From: Candidatus Multivoradales bacterium
GTDB taxonomy: Bacteria; Acidobacteriota; Thermoanaerobaculia; Multivoradales; Multivoraceae
Direction of reading: 5' to 3'
Length of the DNA: 64,000 bases
Assembly (NCBI GenBank): GCA_965223325.1
Contig: CBDCWI010000001.1
Location: 1,728,001-1,792,000, forward strand
Shown: positions 31,340-40,157 of the stretch, in pieces
Numbering within the stretch: position 1 is the first letter of the stretch
Layout: the number at the start of each line of letters is the position of its first letter
The notes under the pieces: generated by a model
Databases searched by the model: none
What the model was told of the DNA's origin: nothing
The model's input: only the letters and a program-made list of their open reading frames with translations
Position numbers and translations under genes: made by a program

Positions 31340-34300
31340 ATGAACGAGGAGTCAACCTGCGAGGCTCTGACCGCTAGCGCGCGGGTCCTTTCTGAGATTC
31401 GCCTGCGCAGCGAAACGCTGTGGGAGCGGCTCGAGCGCACCCGTGGCGAAGCAGAGGCCGAGGCGCCGACAGCCGAGGCGCTGGCCCGCGCACTCTTGCC
31501 CTGGGCGAAGGCCGTCGCGCGAGGCGACCTCGGCGTCCTGTCGAAGCGGCTCTCCTGGGATGAGGTGACGACCGAAGAGGCCTATCGCGCGGTCACCGCC
31601 GAGGCACCCGACGTAGCTGACGAAACCGGTGACGATTGGACCGCCGACCTCCAACTCTTCAGCCTCTGTGCCCGTCAAACGAAGGACGAGCTCGACCGCG
31701 ACCCCGGCATCCGGGAGACCTTGCGCGCCCACGCCACTGGCCCGTTCCCGGAGATCTGGTTGCCCTGGCGACTGGTCGCAGCCGAGAAGCTGGCCAACCT
31801 GCCAGCCAAGGTGCGAGAAACCTTTGGCTCCGAGGCACTTCAGCAACTCCTGGATGTGGTCCACAACGAGCTGACCTACCTCGGCGAAAGCGCTGCCTTC
31901 AAGCGCTTCGAAACGCTTCGCGCCGAGGCAGGCGGGAACCCATCGGGAATCCACGACGCCTTCGTCGGCGAGGTGCTTTCTGACCCGATTGCCGAGCTCT
32001 ATCAGCACTATCCAGTTCTCGCCCGCCAACAGTGCCGCACGCTCGGTCAGTGGATGGCCGCGGTGCGCGAACTCTCCACCCACATCGAGGCCGCTCGCCC
32101 GCTGCTCGTAGAGACCTTCTGTGGCGCAGCCGAGGGCACCGCCGAGCTCGGCCCCGTCGCGACGCTCGAAGGCGGCCTCGGCGACCGACATCGCGACGGT
32201 CGGCAAGTGCTGCGCCTGGTCTTTGCGAACGGCCTCGAGTTGATCTACAAACCACGCTCACTGGCGGCGGAGGTCGCCTGGCGGCGAATCCTGGAATGGT
32301 GCCGTGAAGCCGGCCTCCTGTGCGCGCCAGCAACTGCGCGCGCCCTCGATTGTGGCGATCACGGCTTCATGGAAGCGGTCGTGCCATCATCACCGATCGG
32401 ACAGGCAGGTGCCGAGGCGTACTACCGCACCGCCGGCTCGCTCGTCGCCCTCGCCTACGTACTGCGGGCCGAAGACCTGCACGGCGAGAATCTGATCGCA
32501 ACCGCGAGCGGCCCGGTCGTCATCGATGCCGAGCTCATGCTGCAGCCCATGCGCGCCGTACAAACGACCGGCGAAGGCCGCGAGCCATCGTTTCTGGGTT
32601 CGGTTCTAGCTTCCGCCCTGCTGACTCAGCTCTTGCCGGGTGGCGAAGAAGACCGCGACCTGGGCGGCCTGCGCTGGCCACGAGAGCGCCTCGAGACCCG
32701 GCGTGGCTGGACGGGTCTGCATGGCGACGAGTTGGCCTTTGCCGCCGAAGAGAAGAAACTGCCGCCGCGCGAGAACGTCGTGACCGACGAGAACGGCAAT
32801 CTGTTGCCGATCGAAGACTGGTCAGAAGCAGTCGAGGACGGCTTCAGCGAAACCTGGCGGTTCCTGACCGACGAGCGCGGTGCGCTCGAAGAACTCCTGC
32901 GCAGTGAGCTCGCCGAAACCACGACCCGAGTTCTCCTGCGGCCGACGCGCGAGTACGGCCAGGTCGTTCAGCTGACCAGCATCGAGCGCAACCAGAAGTC
33001 GGGAACGATGGGGAGCCTCTTGCGCGACGCCCTCGCTAGCCGACTGGTGACCCTCGACCAACGGCCGGAGCAATGGCCCCTGCTGCGGGCGGAGCGCATA
33101 GCGCTCGAACGCCTGGACATCCCGTGGTTCGGCCTGGCGGCAAACACCACCGAGATCGAGACCGAGACCGGTGAGATCGCCCGCGGCCTGTTCGAGACCG
33201 CCGGTCTCGACGCCGTGTGCGGTCGCCTGCAAGCGCTCGACGAACGCGACCATGAGCGCCAGCTCAGGCGGCTCCGTCTCGCCCTCGCCCCAGACGCTGA
33301 GATCTCACCGGTTTCCGAGTTGATCGCTCTGAGCCTGCAGTCTGTCGGCGACGGGCCCTTCGAAGACGCCTGCCTGGCGATGGCGTGGCAGATCGCTGAG
33401 CTGGTCCGCGAGCGAGTCCTCGAGCAACCTCCCGCCGGCTGGTCCCTGTCGACCGGTCGCCTCGGACCGGCAGTCTTGTTTGCCGAACTCGCAACCTCCC
33501 GGCCCGAGACACGTCCTCCTGGCGTCGGAGAAGAGCAAGGCGAGCGCTTCGCTGCCATCGCCCGACAGCTCTCCGCCTGCGATCGCGACCTCACCCAGGA
33601 AGAAACCGAGGCCCTCCGCGACATGCCTCTCGGGGGGCCATCCGGTCTGGGCGGCGTGCTGTTCGTTCTCAACCGGCTCAGCGAAACCCTTGGTGAAACC
33701 GTCTTGCGAGAGCGCGCGCTTCTATGGAGCAGCTTCGCAACCAACGCGCGTATCGAAGCCGACCGGAGTTTCGATCTCGACGGTGGGTGTGCTGGCCTGA
33801 TTCTCGGTCTGCTGGAGCTCCATCGGGGCACCGGCGCTCCCGAGACCCTCGAGCGCGCCATCGCAGCCGGTGACCACCTGCTCGCACACCAGCGCTCTTT
33901 TGGGTCGCTCGGCGCGACCTGGAACAACGCCGCCGGCATTCCCCAGCCGGGGCTCGCCCATGGGGCCGCTGGCATCGCCACGGCGCTCGCACATCTCGGT
34001 GAGGCCACCGGCAAAGCGCGCTTTACCACCGCTGCCCTCGCAGCCATCGCCTGGGAACGCGGCATGTTCGACAGCCAGCACGGCAACTGGCCAGCCCTGG
34101 TGCGCGACCACGCCGGCGACATCAGCCGAGTGTTCATGGCCAGCGTCTGCCGCGGTGCCCCCGGAATCGCCATCGCTCGCCAAGCCCTGCCGCCGAGTCT
34201 CCGAGACAGCAGGCTGGCCGCAGAGATCGAAACCGCCCAGGACACCACCTTCCGCGCCGAGGCCGCAAGCCTCGACCACCTCTGTTGCGGCGCGCTGGGC

Positions 34301-34576
34301 CGCACCGCGGCACTCACCTTCACGACCGACGACAACGTCTCGCTCGCCCGCCGAGAGCAAGCGCTCACCATGGCACGCGCTGTGGTGGCACGAGCCGGCT
34401 CGAGCGGCCACTTCCGGCGTTCCACCGACCTGTACGACAACCGAACCCCCGATGCCGGCTTCCACTACGGCCTGTCCGGAATCGCCTACCAGCTCTACTG
34501 TCTGGCCGCGCCCGCGCGCGCTGCCGGAGACTTCCTGGTGCTGGTGTCTCAACCGAGGGAGGCGCGCGAACCGTGA
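31340..34576 (+). CDS. lanM: Class II lanthipeptide synthetase LanM (DUF4135 dehydratase + LanC-like cyclase)
   Basis: GDRH, IYKPR, DLHGENLIA, IDAE, RVLLRPTREY, LDIPWF; cyclase GLAHGAAGI, VCRGAPG, HLCCG, GFHYGLSGIAY. Confidence 0.92.
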   Translation: MNEESTCEALTASARVLSEIRLRSETLWERLERTRGEAEAEAPTAEALARALLPWAKAVARGDLGVLSKRLSWDEVTTEEAYRAVTAEAPDVADETGDDWTADLQLFSLCARQTKDELDRDPGIRETLRAHATGPFPEIWLPWRLVAAEKLANLPAKVRETFGSEALQQLLDVVHNELTYLGESAAFKRFETLRAEAGGNPSGIHDAFVGEVLSDPIAELYQHYPVLARQQCRTLGQWMAAVRELSTHIEAARPLLVETFCGAAEGTAELGPVATLEGGLGDRHRDGRQVLRLVFANGLELIYKPRSLAAEVAWRRILEWCREAGLLCAPATARALDCGDHGFMEAVVPSSPIGQAGAEAYYRTAGSLVALAYVLRAEDLHGENLIATASGPVVIDAELMLQPMRAVQTTGEGREPSFLGSVLASALLTQLLPGGEEDRDLGGLRWPRERLETRRGWTGLHGDELAFAAEEKKLPPRENVVTDENGNLLPIEDWSEAVEDGFSETWRFLTDERGALEELLRSELAETTTRVLLRPTREYGQVVQLTSIERNQKSGTMGSLLRDALASRLVTLDQRPEQWPLLRAERIALERLDIPWFGLAANTTEIETETGEIARGLFETAGLDAVCGRLQALDERDHERQLRRLRLALAPDAEISPVSELIALSLQSVGDGPFEDACLAMAWQIAELVRERVLEQPPAGWSLSTGRLGPAVLFAELATSRPETRPPGVGEEQGERFAAIARQLSACDRDLTQEETEALRDMPLGGPSGLGGVLFVLNRLSETLGETVLRERALLWSSFATNARIEADRSFDLDGGCAGLILGLLELHRGTGAPETLERAIAAGDHLLAHQRSFGSLGATWNNAAGIPQPGLAHGAAGIATALAHLGEATGKARFTTAALAAIAWERGMFDSQHGNWPALVRDHAGDISRVFMASVCRGAPGIAIARQALPPSLRDSRLAAEIETAQDTTFRAEAASLDHLCCGALGRTAALTFTTDDNVSLARREQALTMARAVVARAGSSGHFRRSTDLYDNRTPDAGFHYGLSGIAYQLYCLAAPARAAGDFLVLVSQPREAREP

Positions 34577-34734
34577 GACATAATTCGCCCCAGTCTGCCC
34601 GAGGACTGTTCACCTCGGCTCTTTCCTCGCCTCTGGACCGCAAGCTGCCGGTTCCAGAAGCCTCTCTGATCTCTTCGTTCTTCGCCGCGGCCCCTTTGCC
34701 GCAGCTCGAAACCGCTCAGCAGGAGGAGCACCCG

Positions 34735-36819
34735 GTGACCACCCCTTCTTCCAGAACTTCGACTTCTTCTAGAACTCTGACCTCTTCCAGAAGTCCTTCT
34801 TTGCGAGCGATCGCCCTGGCCGCTTCGATCGTTTGGCTCATGCTGGCCAGCTCTCTTGCCACGGCCCAACCGCCGGGCAACGCCGAGGTGACCTACGACC
34901 CGCCGGCGTTCTCCTTCGAACAGGGCCACATCGAACTGCTCGAGGCCGTTCGCCTGACCCTCCAGCACGATCCGAACCTCCTCCTGGCACGCGAAGACAG
35001 CCGGGCGAAGTACGGCCTGGCGCTCGAGCTCAGCGGCTTCTTCGACTGGACGATGAACGGCTCGCTGAGCTGGGAGCACCGCGAGCAGGAGCTGCTCGAG
35101 TCGATCAAGCAGGCCGAAACTGACAAGCGAAACCAGTTCCGCGACGGCCAGTTCGTCGCCTGCGAACTGCGCGACGACCTGACCAACGACCTCGCGACCC
35201 TGCAGCAGGCGCGCAACCAGACCCCGAACGGCGCCAACATTCCGCTCACCAGCCTCGACGGCGACAAGGCCTTCGAAGCGCAGCTGCGCATTCTCGAAGC
35301 AGTGATCATCTCGTCGACTCCAGCCCAGCGCAACGCGCTCCTCGGCGAGCGCGCCGCGATCATCGATGCGCAGATCGCCTTTATCCAGAACCGTGGCCTG
35401 CCCGAAGTCCAGCAGGCCTGCGACCGCACCACCGAAGCGCTGGCTCGTCTCGGCGACGAGCCCGAAGAGGAAGAGTTTGATCTCGGTCGCCTGCAGCTGC
35501 AGTTCGACAAGCTGTACCGGAACGGCTTCTTTCTCTCGCCGTTCCTGAAAGGCGCCTACAACAGCACCGGCTACATCGGCAAGGAAGACGGCTTCTTCGT
35601 CACCGATACCGACCCCTTCGGTGTCCCGCGGCGCAGCCCGTCGGGCATTCCACTCGACCGACTGATCGACTTCGGCGGCAAGAACGTCCAGGACACCTAC
35701 ACCTTCGAGGTTGGCTTCGAAGCCAACATGCCGCTCCTGCGAGGCCGCGGAATCGCCACCAGCGGACCGGTCGACGCCGCCGACATCGACTACGAGGCTT
35801 CGCGCCTGCTCGTCGAGCACACTGCCTCGGAGAGTGTCTTGAGCACCGCCCTCGCCTATTGGAGCCTGGTCGCCGCCGAAGAACGCGCCGCCGTCCTCGA
35901 CAACGCCGTTACCCTGCAATCCGATCTGGCCCAGATCACCCGCGATCTCATTGAAGGTGACGCGATTCCAGGAGCCGACCTGTCGCGGGCACTGGCCGGC
36001 GAAGCCAACTCGCGCGCCCAGTACCAGAGCTCTGCCGCTGATCTGGTCAGCGCGCAACTCGCGCTGGTGCGTTCGATGGGCGTTACGGTCTCCGGGCCCG
36101 AGAACCTGCCGTCGGCACAGACGGGCTTCCCGGAACCTCCGACCATCGAAGCGGTGCGACAGATCGCCGAGACGGCACTCACCCAGGGCGCCCTCGAGGC
36201 GCGACTCGATCTACAGGCTGCCCGGGCGGTCATCGAGTCCGGCAAGCTGCTCGCCGATGCAGCCTTGATCGATCTCCGACCGCGACTCGATATCGGCTTC
36301 GGCGCCTCAACGATCACTCGCGGTGAAGGCTCCTTTTCTGAATCCACCGACCGTTTCGCAGCCCCGAGCTGGAAGGTCTCGGCGACCTTCGAGAAGCCAT
36401 TCAGAAACAGGAGCGCCCGCGGCTTGTTGCTGCAGCGGCAGGCACAGGCCAACCAGCTGCAGATCTCGGCCGGCGACCTCGACCGCCTGGTGCGGGTGGG
36501 GGTTGTTCAGACGCTAGGGTCACTCCTCGAAGCCCTCGAGGGTCTGCGCTGGGCCGAAGCGGCCGCGAACTCTGCCGAGGAGACCATCAACTCCGAGGTC
36601 GAGAAGCTCCGGCTTGGCGAAACCACTTTGCTCGACACCATCCTGACTGAGCAGCAGCGCACCTCGTCGCAACTGGCTTTGATTTCCGCCCGCCAGCAGG
36701 TGGCGTCGCTGATCACGCGGCTGCGCTTCGAAACCGGCACCCTTGTTCAGGAAACAGGGAGCGGTCGACGGGTCACACCGACGACGCTCACCACCGTGCC
36801 CACCGGAGCGGACTCGTGA
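34735..36819 (+). CDS. TolC-family outer-membrane channel 1 with large insertion
   Basis: RBS aggaggag + GTG; signal peptide; LLEAVRLTLQHDP, MPLLRGRG, ALAYWSLVAAEE, EKLRLGETTLLD, LRFETGTL. Confidence 0.85.
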   Translation: MTTPSSRTSTSSRTLTSSRSPSLRAIALAASIVWLMLASSLATAQPPGNAEVTYDPPAFSFEQGHIELLEAVRLTLQHDPNLLLAREDSRAKYGLALELSGFFDWTMNGSLSWEHREQELLESIKQAETDKRNQFRDGQFVACELRDDLTNDLATLQQARNQTPNGANIPLTSLDGDKAFEAQLRILEAVIISSTPAQRNALLGERAAIIDAQIAFIQNRGLPEVQQACDRTTEALARLGDEPEEEEFDLGRLQLQFDKLYRNGFFLSPFLKGAYNSTGYIGKEDGFFVTDTDPFGVPRRSPSGIPLDRLIDFGGKNVQDTYTFEVGFEANMPLLRGRGIATSGPVDAADIDYEASRLLVEHTASESVLSTALAYWSLVAAEERAAVLDNAVTLQSDLAQITRDLIEGDAIPGADLSRALAGEANSRAQYQSSAADLVSAQLALVRSMGVTVSGPENLPSAQTGFPEPPTIEAVRQIAETALTQGALEARLDLQAARAVIESGKLLADAALIDLRPRLDIGFGASTITRGEGSFSESTDRFAAPSWKVSATFEKPFRNRSARGLLLQRQAQANQLQISAGDLDRLVRVGVVQTLGSLLEALEGLRWAEAAANSAEETINSEVEKLRLGETTLLDTILTEQQRTSSQLALISARQQVASLITRLRFETGTLVQETGSGRRVTPTTLTTVPTGADS

Positions 36820-38909
36820 CTTCGAGCCGACACAATCGAGCGGGTTGGACGGCTCTGGCCGCCGGGGCGATTCCGGTTGCGCTCGCGCTGTTGTTCCTGG
36901 GAGCGCCCCGCGCCAGCGAGGCGCAGGCTGAGTCCGAAGATCCTGCGGTCCTAGGCGCTCCTTCGGGCGCCCGCCTATCGCTCGAAGAAGCCGTCACTCG
37001 CGGCCTTAGAAACCGCGCCGACACACAGCTCGCCATCCAGCGACTCAGCGAACGCGAAGGCGCACATCAGGAACAGGCGGGCGTCTTCGACCCGTTGTTT
37101 TTCGTCGACACCAGCTTTGAAATGCGCCAGCAGGAGCTCCTGCGTTCGGGCTATGACTTCGAAGTGCGCCGACGCTTGCCGCCAGATCTCGCAATTCCGG
37201 AACTCGAGCGCGCCGTCGGCATCATGGTCGACAACCTGCCGACCTCGGAAAGCCTGCTCTTCCAGGAGTGCACCGCGACCCAGGACCGCTTCAATGTGCT
37301 GGTGAACGCTCCGGAAGGCCCCCTCGAAGTGACCCTTTGCTTCGACGGCTTCGGCGAGCTGCAGCGCATCGTGCCCCGTGGCGATCTACGCGACTCACTC
37401 GATCTGCTGGGAGTCATCGACGTCTTGCGCAAGATCGGTTCGCTCTCTGACGAGGTGAGCCGCGACCTCGAGGCCGGTTTCGCCGACCGACTACGGGTCC
37501 TCGTGCGCGGACTGCGAACGATCATCGCGGCCATGCGTACCCAGCTCGCCAACCTCGGCTGCTTTCCTTCCGACAATTACCCCGCCGAAGTCGGCTTTTG
37601 CATCTTCCCGGAGATCGAGCAGTCTCTCGACCTGCGATTCGAAATGGGCCAACAGTGGCGTTTCCATAACGGGATCGCCGTCACCGCTAGCCTGCAGCTC
37701 GCCGGAACCGAAGACAACTATCGCGGCAAACCGCTCGACCCAGTCCTCGGCGACCAGGTTGCTCCAAACACCTTCAGCACCACCGGCAGTCTCAGCCTCG
37801 ACATCCCACTCGCGAAGGGCCGCGGCAAGAAGGCAACTGCAGCAGCTCTGCGCGCCACCGAGGTAGCAGTCGATGCCGAGCGCAACGTGTTGCTGCACAC
37901 CACGGCGGGTACGGCCTTGTTCACCATTCAGTCGTACTGGGAGCTGGCCGCAGCAGAGAAGCGCCTGGCGCTCTTGGTGGACTCGGCCCGGGTGCAAACC
38001 GAACTGCTCGAGAACACCCGCGCCCTCATCGACGAAGACGCGCTGGCTGGAGCCGAGGCCTATCGGGTCGAGGCAAGCTACGCAGATGCCTTGAACCGAG
38101 TCGCCACAGCGCGACGCACATTGATCGAGACCCGGCTCGATCTCGTCGACGCCATGGGGCAGCATCTCGAACGCATCACCGAAGCGCCGCTCGCCGCCGA
38201 CCCGCTGCCAACCGCAGAAGATACGACCCTGGATGCAGAAGCGTGGGTCGACACCGCCTACGCGAACCGCTGGGACCTAGAAGGCAATCGGCTGGCAACG
38301 CGTGCGAGCGAGATCCTGGTAGACGCCGCGCGCGCCAACCTGCGCCACCAGGTCGACCTGACCCTGAACGTCTCTTACAACGGCTTCCACGAGAGCTTCG
38401 ACGATCGCCTCTACGATTTTGGTGGCTATAGCGACGCCGCCTCGGGTCTTATCTCAGGACCGAGCTACCTGATTCGGCTGCGCTGGAAAGTCCCCTTCAG
38501 GAACCGCAGCGCGCGCGGTCGCCTGGTGCAGGCGCGGGCGTCGGTCAACCAGAGTCGCATCAACGAGACCGAGCTCGAGCGCCAGATTCGTCTGGCAATC
38601 TTCGAGTTGGTCAAGCGAATCGATGCCAAGAAGCTCGAGCTCGAACAGCAAGCGCAGAACCTCAGCAGCCTCGAAGACAGCCTCGAGGCGAGCCTCGAGC
38701 GCTTCCGGCTAGGCGACCTGACGCTGATCGATACCCTGACCACCGAGCAGCAACTGACAGCCGCCCGGCTGGCACTGGTCGACATCGAGAGTGAACTGGC
38801 CATCCTGCTGTCACAATTGCGCTTTGAGTCCGGCACTCTAGTCGAGGCTCCAGAAGACTTCGAGGAGTTCGACACCAGCGACGTGAGACTTCTCGGGAAC
38901 GACTCCTGA
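36816..38909 (+). CDS. TolC-family outer-membrane channel 2 with large insertion
   Basis: Overlapping start; signal peptide; LSLEEAV, IPLAKGRG, SYWELAAAE, RFRLGDLTLID, LRFESGTL. Paralog of the previous gene. Confidence 0.85.
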   Translation: MTSSRHNRAGWTALAAGAIPVALALLFLGAPRASEAQAESEDPAVLGAPSGARLSLEEAVTRGLRNRADTQLAIQRLSEREGAHQEQAGVFDPLFFVDTSFEMRQQELLRSGYDFEVRRRLPPDLAIPELERAVGIMVDNLPTSESLLFQECTATQDRFNVLVNAPEGPLEVTLCFDGFGELQRIVPRGDLRDSLDLLGVIDVLRKIGSLSDEVSRDLEAGFADRLRVLVRGLRTIIAAMRTQLANLGCFPSDNYPAEVGFCIFPEIEQSLDLRFEMGQQWRFHNGIAVTASLQLAGTEDNYRGKPLDPVLGDQVAPNTFSTTGSLSLDIPLAKGRGKKATAAALRATEVAVDAERNVLLHTTAGTALFTIQSYWELAAAEKRLALLVDSARVQTELLENTRALIDEDALAGAEAYRVEASYADALNRVATARRTLIETRLDLVDAMGQHLERITEAPLAADPLPTAEDTTLDAEAWVDTAYANRWDLEGNRLATRASEILVDAARANLRHQVDLTLNVSYNGFHESFDDRLYDFGGYSDAASGLISGPSYLIRLRWKVPFRNRSARGRLVQARASVNQSRINETELERQIRLAIFELVKRIDAKKLELEQQAQNLSSLEDSLEASLERFRLGDLTLIDTLTTEQQLTAARLALVDIESELAILLSQLRFESGTLVEAPEDFEEFDTSDVRLLGNDS

Positions 38910-38981
38910 GGCGCGACGACCCACACCCCAATGAGCGGCGAAACGTCGCCTCGGCAACCAGACGACTAGACGGAGAACGCG

Positions 38982-40133
38982 ATGGCCGGAGTCCAACACC
39001 TTCTGCGTAAGGCCGCGATCGAGAAGATGGCGTCGCCCGAGCAGCTCGACATGGCAATGCGTGTTACTTCGCCCTGGAGCTGGCTGGCCCTCGCGACACT
39101 CGGCACGATGGTGGTGGCGGCCGTCGGCGCCAGCATCATTTTCGAAATGTCGGTCAAAGTGGACGGCGACGGCATTCTCATGCGCGGCGACACCGTCCAG
39201 ACGATTCAGGTTTCGGCCAACGGCACCGTCGCCCAACTGCTCGTCGACGAAGGCGACACGATCACCGAAGGCCAGGCGGTCGCCAAGCTCGACCTGCCGG
39301 AACTCGAGCGCGAGATCGCCACCACCCGCGATCGCGTCCTCCAACTGCAGGGTCAGGTCTCCGTCGAGGAACAACGGGTTGGCTCGATGGTGTCGTCCTA
39401 CAAGAGCCAGCTCAACCAGCTCTACACGCAGAAGCGTCAGAAGCAACGTCTGCTCGAGAAGAGGCTCGCCACTCGCGGCGACGTCGCAGCGATCGACGCC
39501 CAGATCAACAGCGTCAAGGCTCAGATCAACCAGCAGGAAACCGGTCTCGTGCGAGCCAGAACAGATCTCGAGGAGCAGAACCGCCGCCTTAGGCAACAGG
39601 AGCAGCAGCTCAGTGACAATTCGGTTGTCCGTAGCCGGGCCTCGGGCCGGGTCGCCGCCATCCTCAGGCCGGAAGGCCAGATCATCAAGGCAGGCGAGCG
39701 TTTGATCAACCTGGAAGACCCCGACTCGCCGATTCACGTGCTCTTGTTCGTGCCGGTTGCCGAAGGCAAGAAGGTCAAGGAGGGCATGCGAGTACGCATC
39801 GCCCCGAGTACCGTGAAGCCGGAGGAGTACGGCTTCATTCTCGGCGAGATCGTTTCCGTTTCGACCCAACCGGTGACGCCTCAGGAAGTGCGCTCGACGC
39901 TCAACAACGATCGTCTAGCCGCCAAGTTCGAACAAGACGCACCGTTTCGCGTGCGCGCCGAGCCGCTCAAGGACCCGAACAACCCGAGTGGTTTCCAGTG
40001 GACGTCGGCCGGTGGCCCGCCGATCGTCATCGACGCCAACACCCCCTGCACCGCGCAGATCGTCGTCGACAAGAAGCGCCCGATCTCCTACGTCATTCCG
40101 ACGGTCAAGAAGACCCTGGGCATGGCGTCCTAG
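38982..40133 (+). CDS. NHLP bacteriocin-system secretion protein (HlyD-like adaptor)
   Basis: RKAAIEKMASPEQLD, lipoyl-like VDEGDTI, coiled coil, PSTVKPEEYGFI, SGFQWTS, RPISYVIP. Confidence 0.93.
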   Translation: MAGVQHLLRKAAIEKMASPEQLDMAMRVTSPWSWLALATLGTMVVAAVGASIIFEMSVKVDGDGILMRGDTVQTIQVSANGTVAQLLVDEGDTITEGQAVAKLDLPELEREIATTRDRVLQLQGQVSVEEQRVGSMVSSYKSQLNQLYTQKRQKQRLLEKRLATRGDVAAIDAQINSVKAQINQQETGLVRARTDLEEQNRRLRQQEQQLSDNSVVRSRASGRVAAILRPEGQIIKAGERLINLEDPDSPIHVLLFVPVAEGKKVKEGMRVRIAPSTVKPEEYGFILGEIVSVSTQPVTPQEVRSTLNNDRLAAKFEQDAPFRVRAEPLKDPNNPSGFQWTSAGGPPIVIDANTPCTAQIVVDKKRPISYVIPTVKKTLGMAS

Positions 40134-40157
40134 CTCACGGCTACGGGGAACCAGGCA

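Noticed and set aside
34285-34734. ORF-track N-terminal extensions (TolC1, also Lon, STAS, cNMP-FHA, DHS, second TonB receptor)
   Set aside because: Most overlap neighbouring genes; downstream starts with an RBS, signal peptide or domain boundary fit better.
34744-34800. Three degenerate 18-bp repeats (SSRT units) at the TolC1 N-terminus
   Set aside because: Short slippage in the signal-peptide n-region; no evidence of function.
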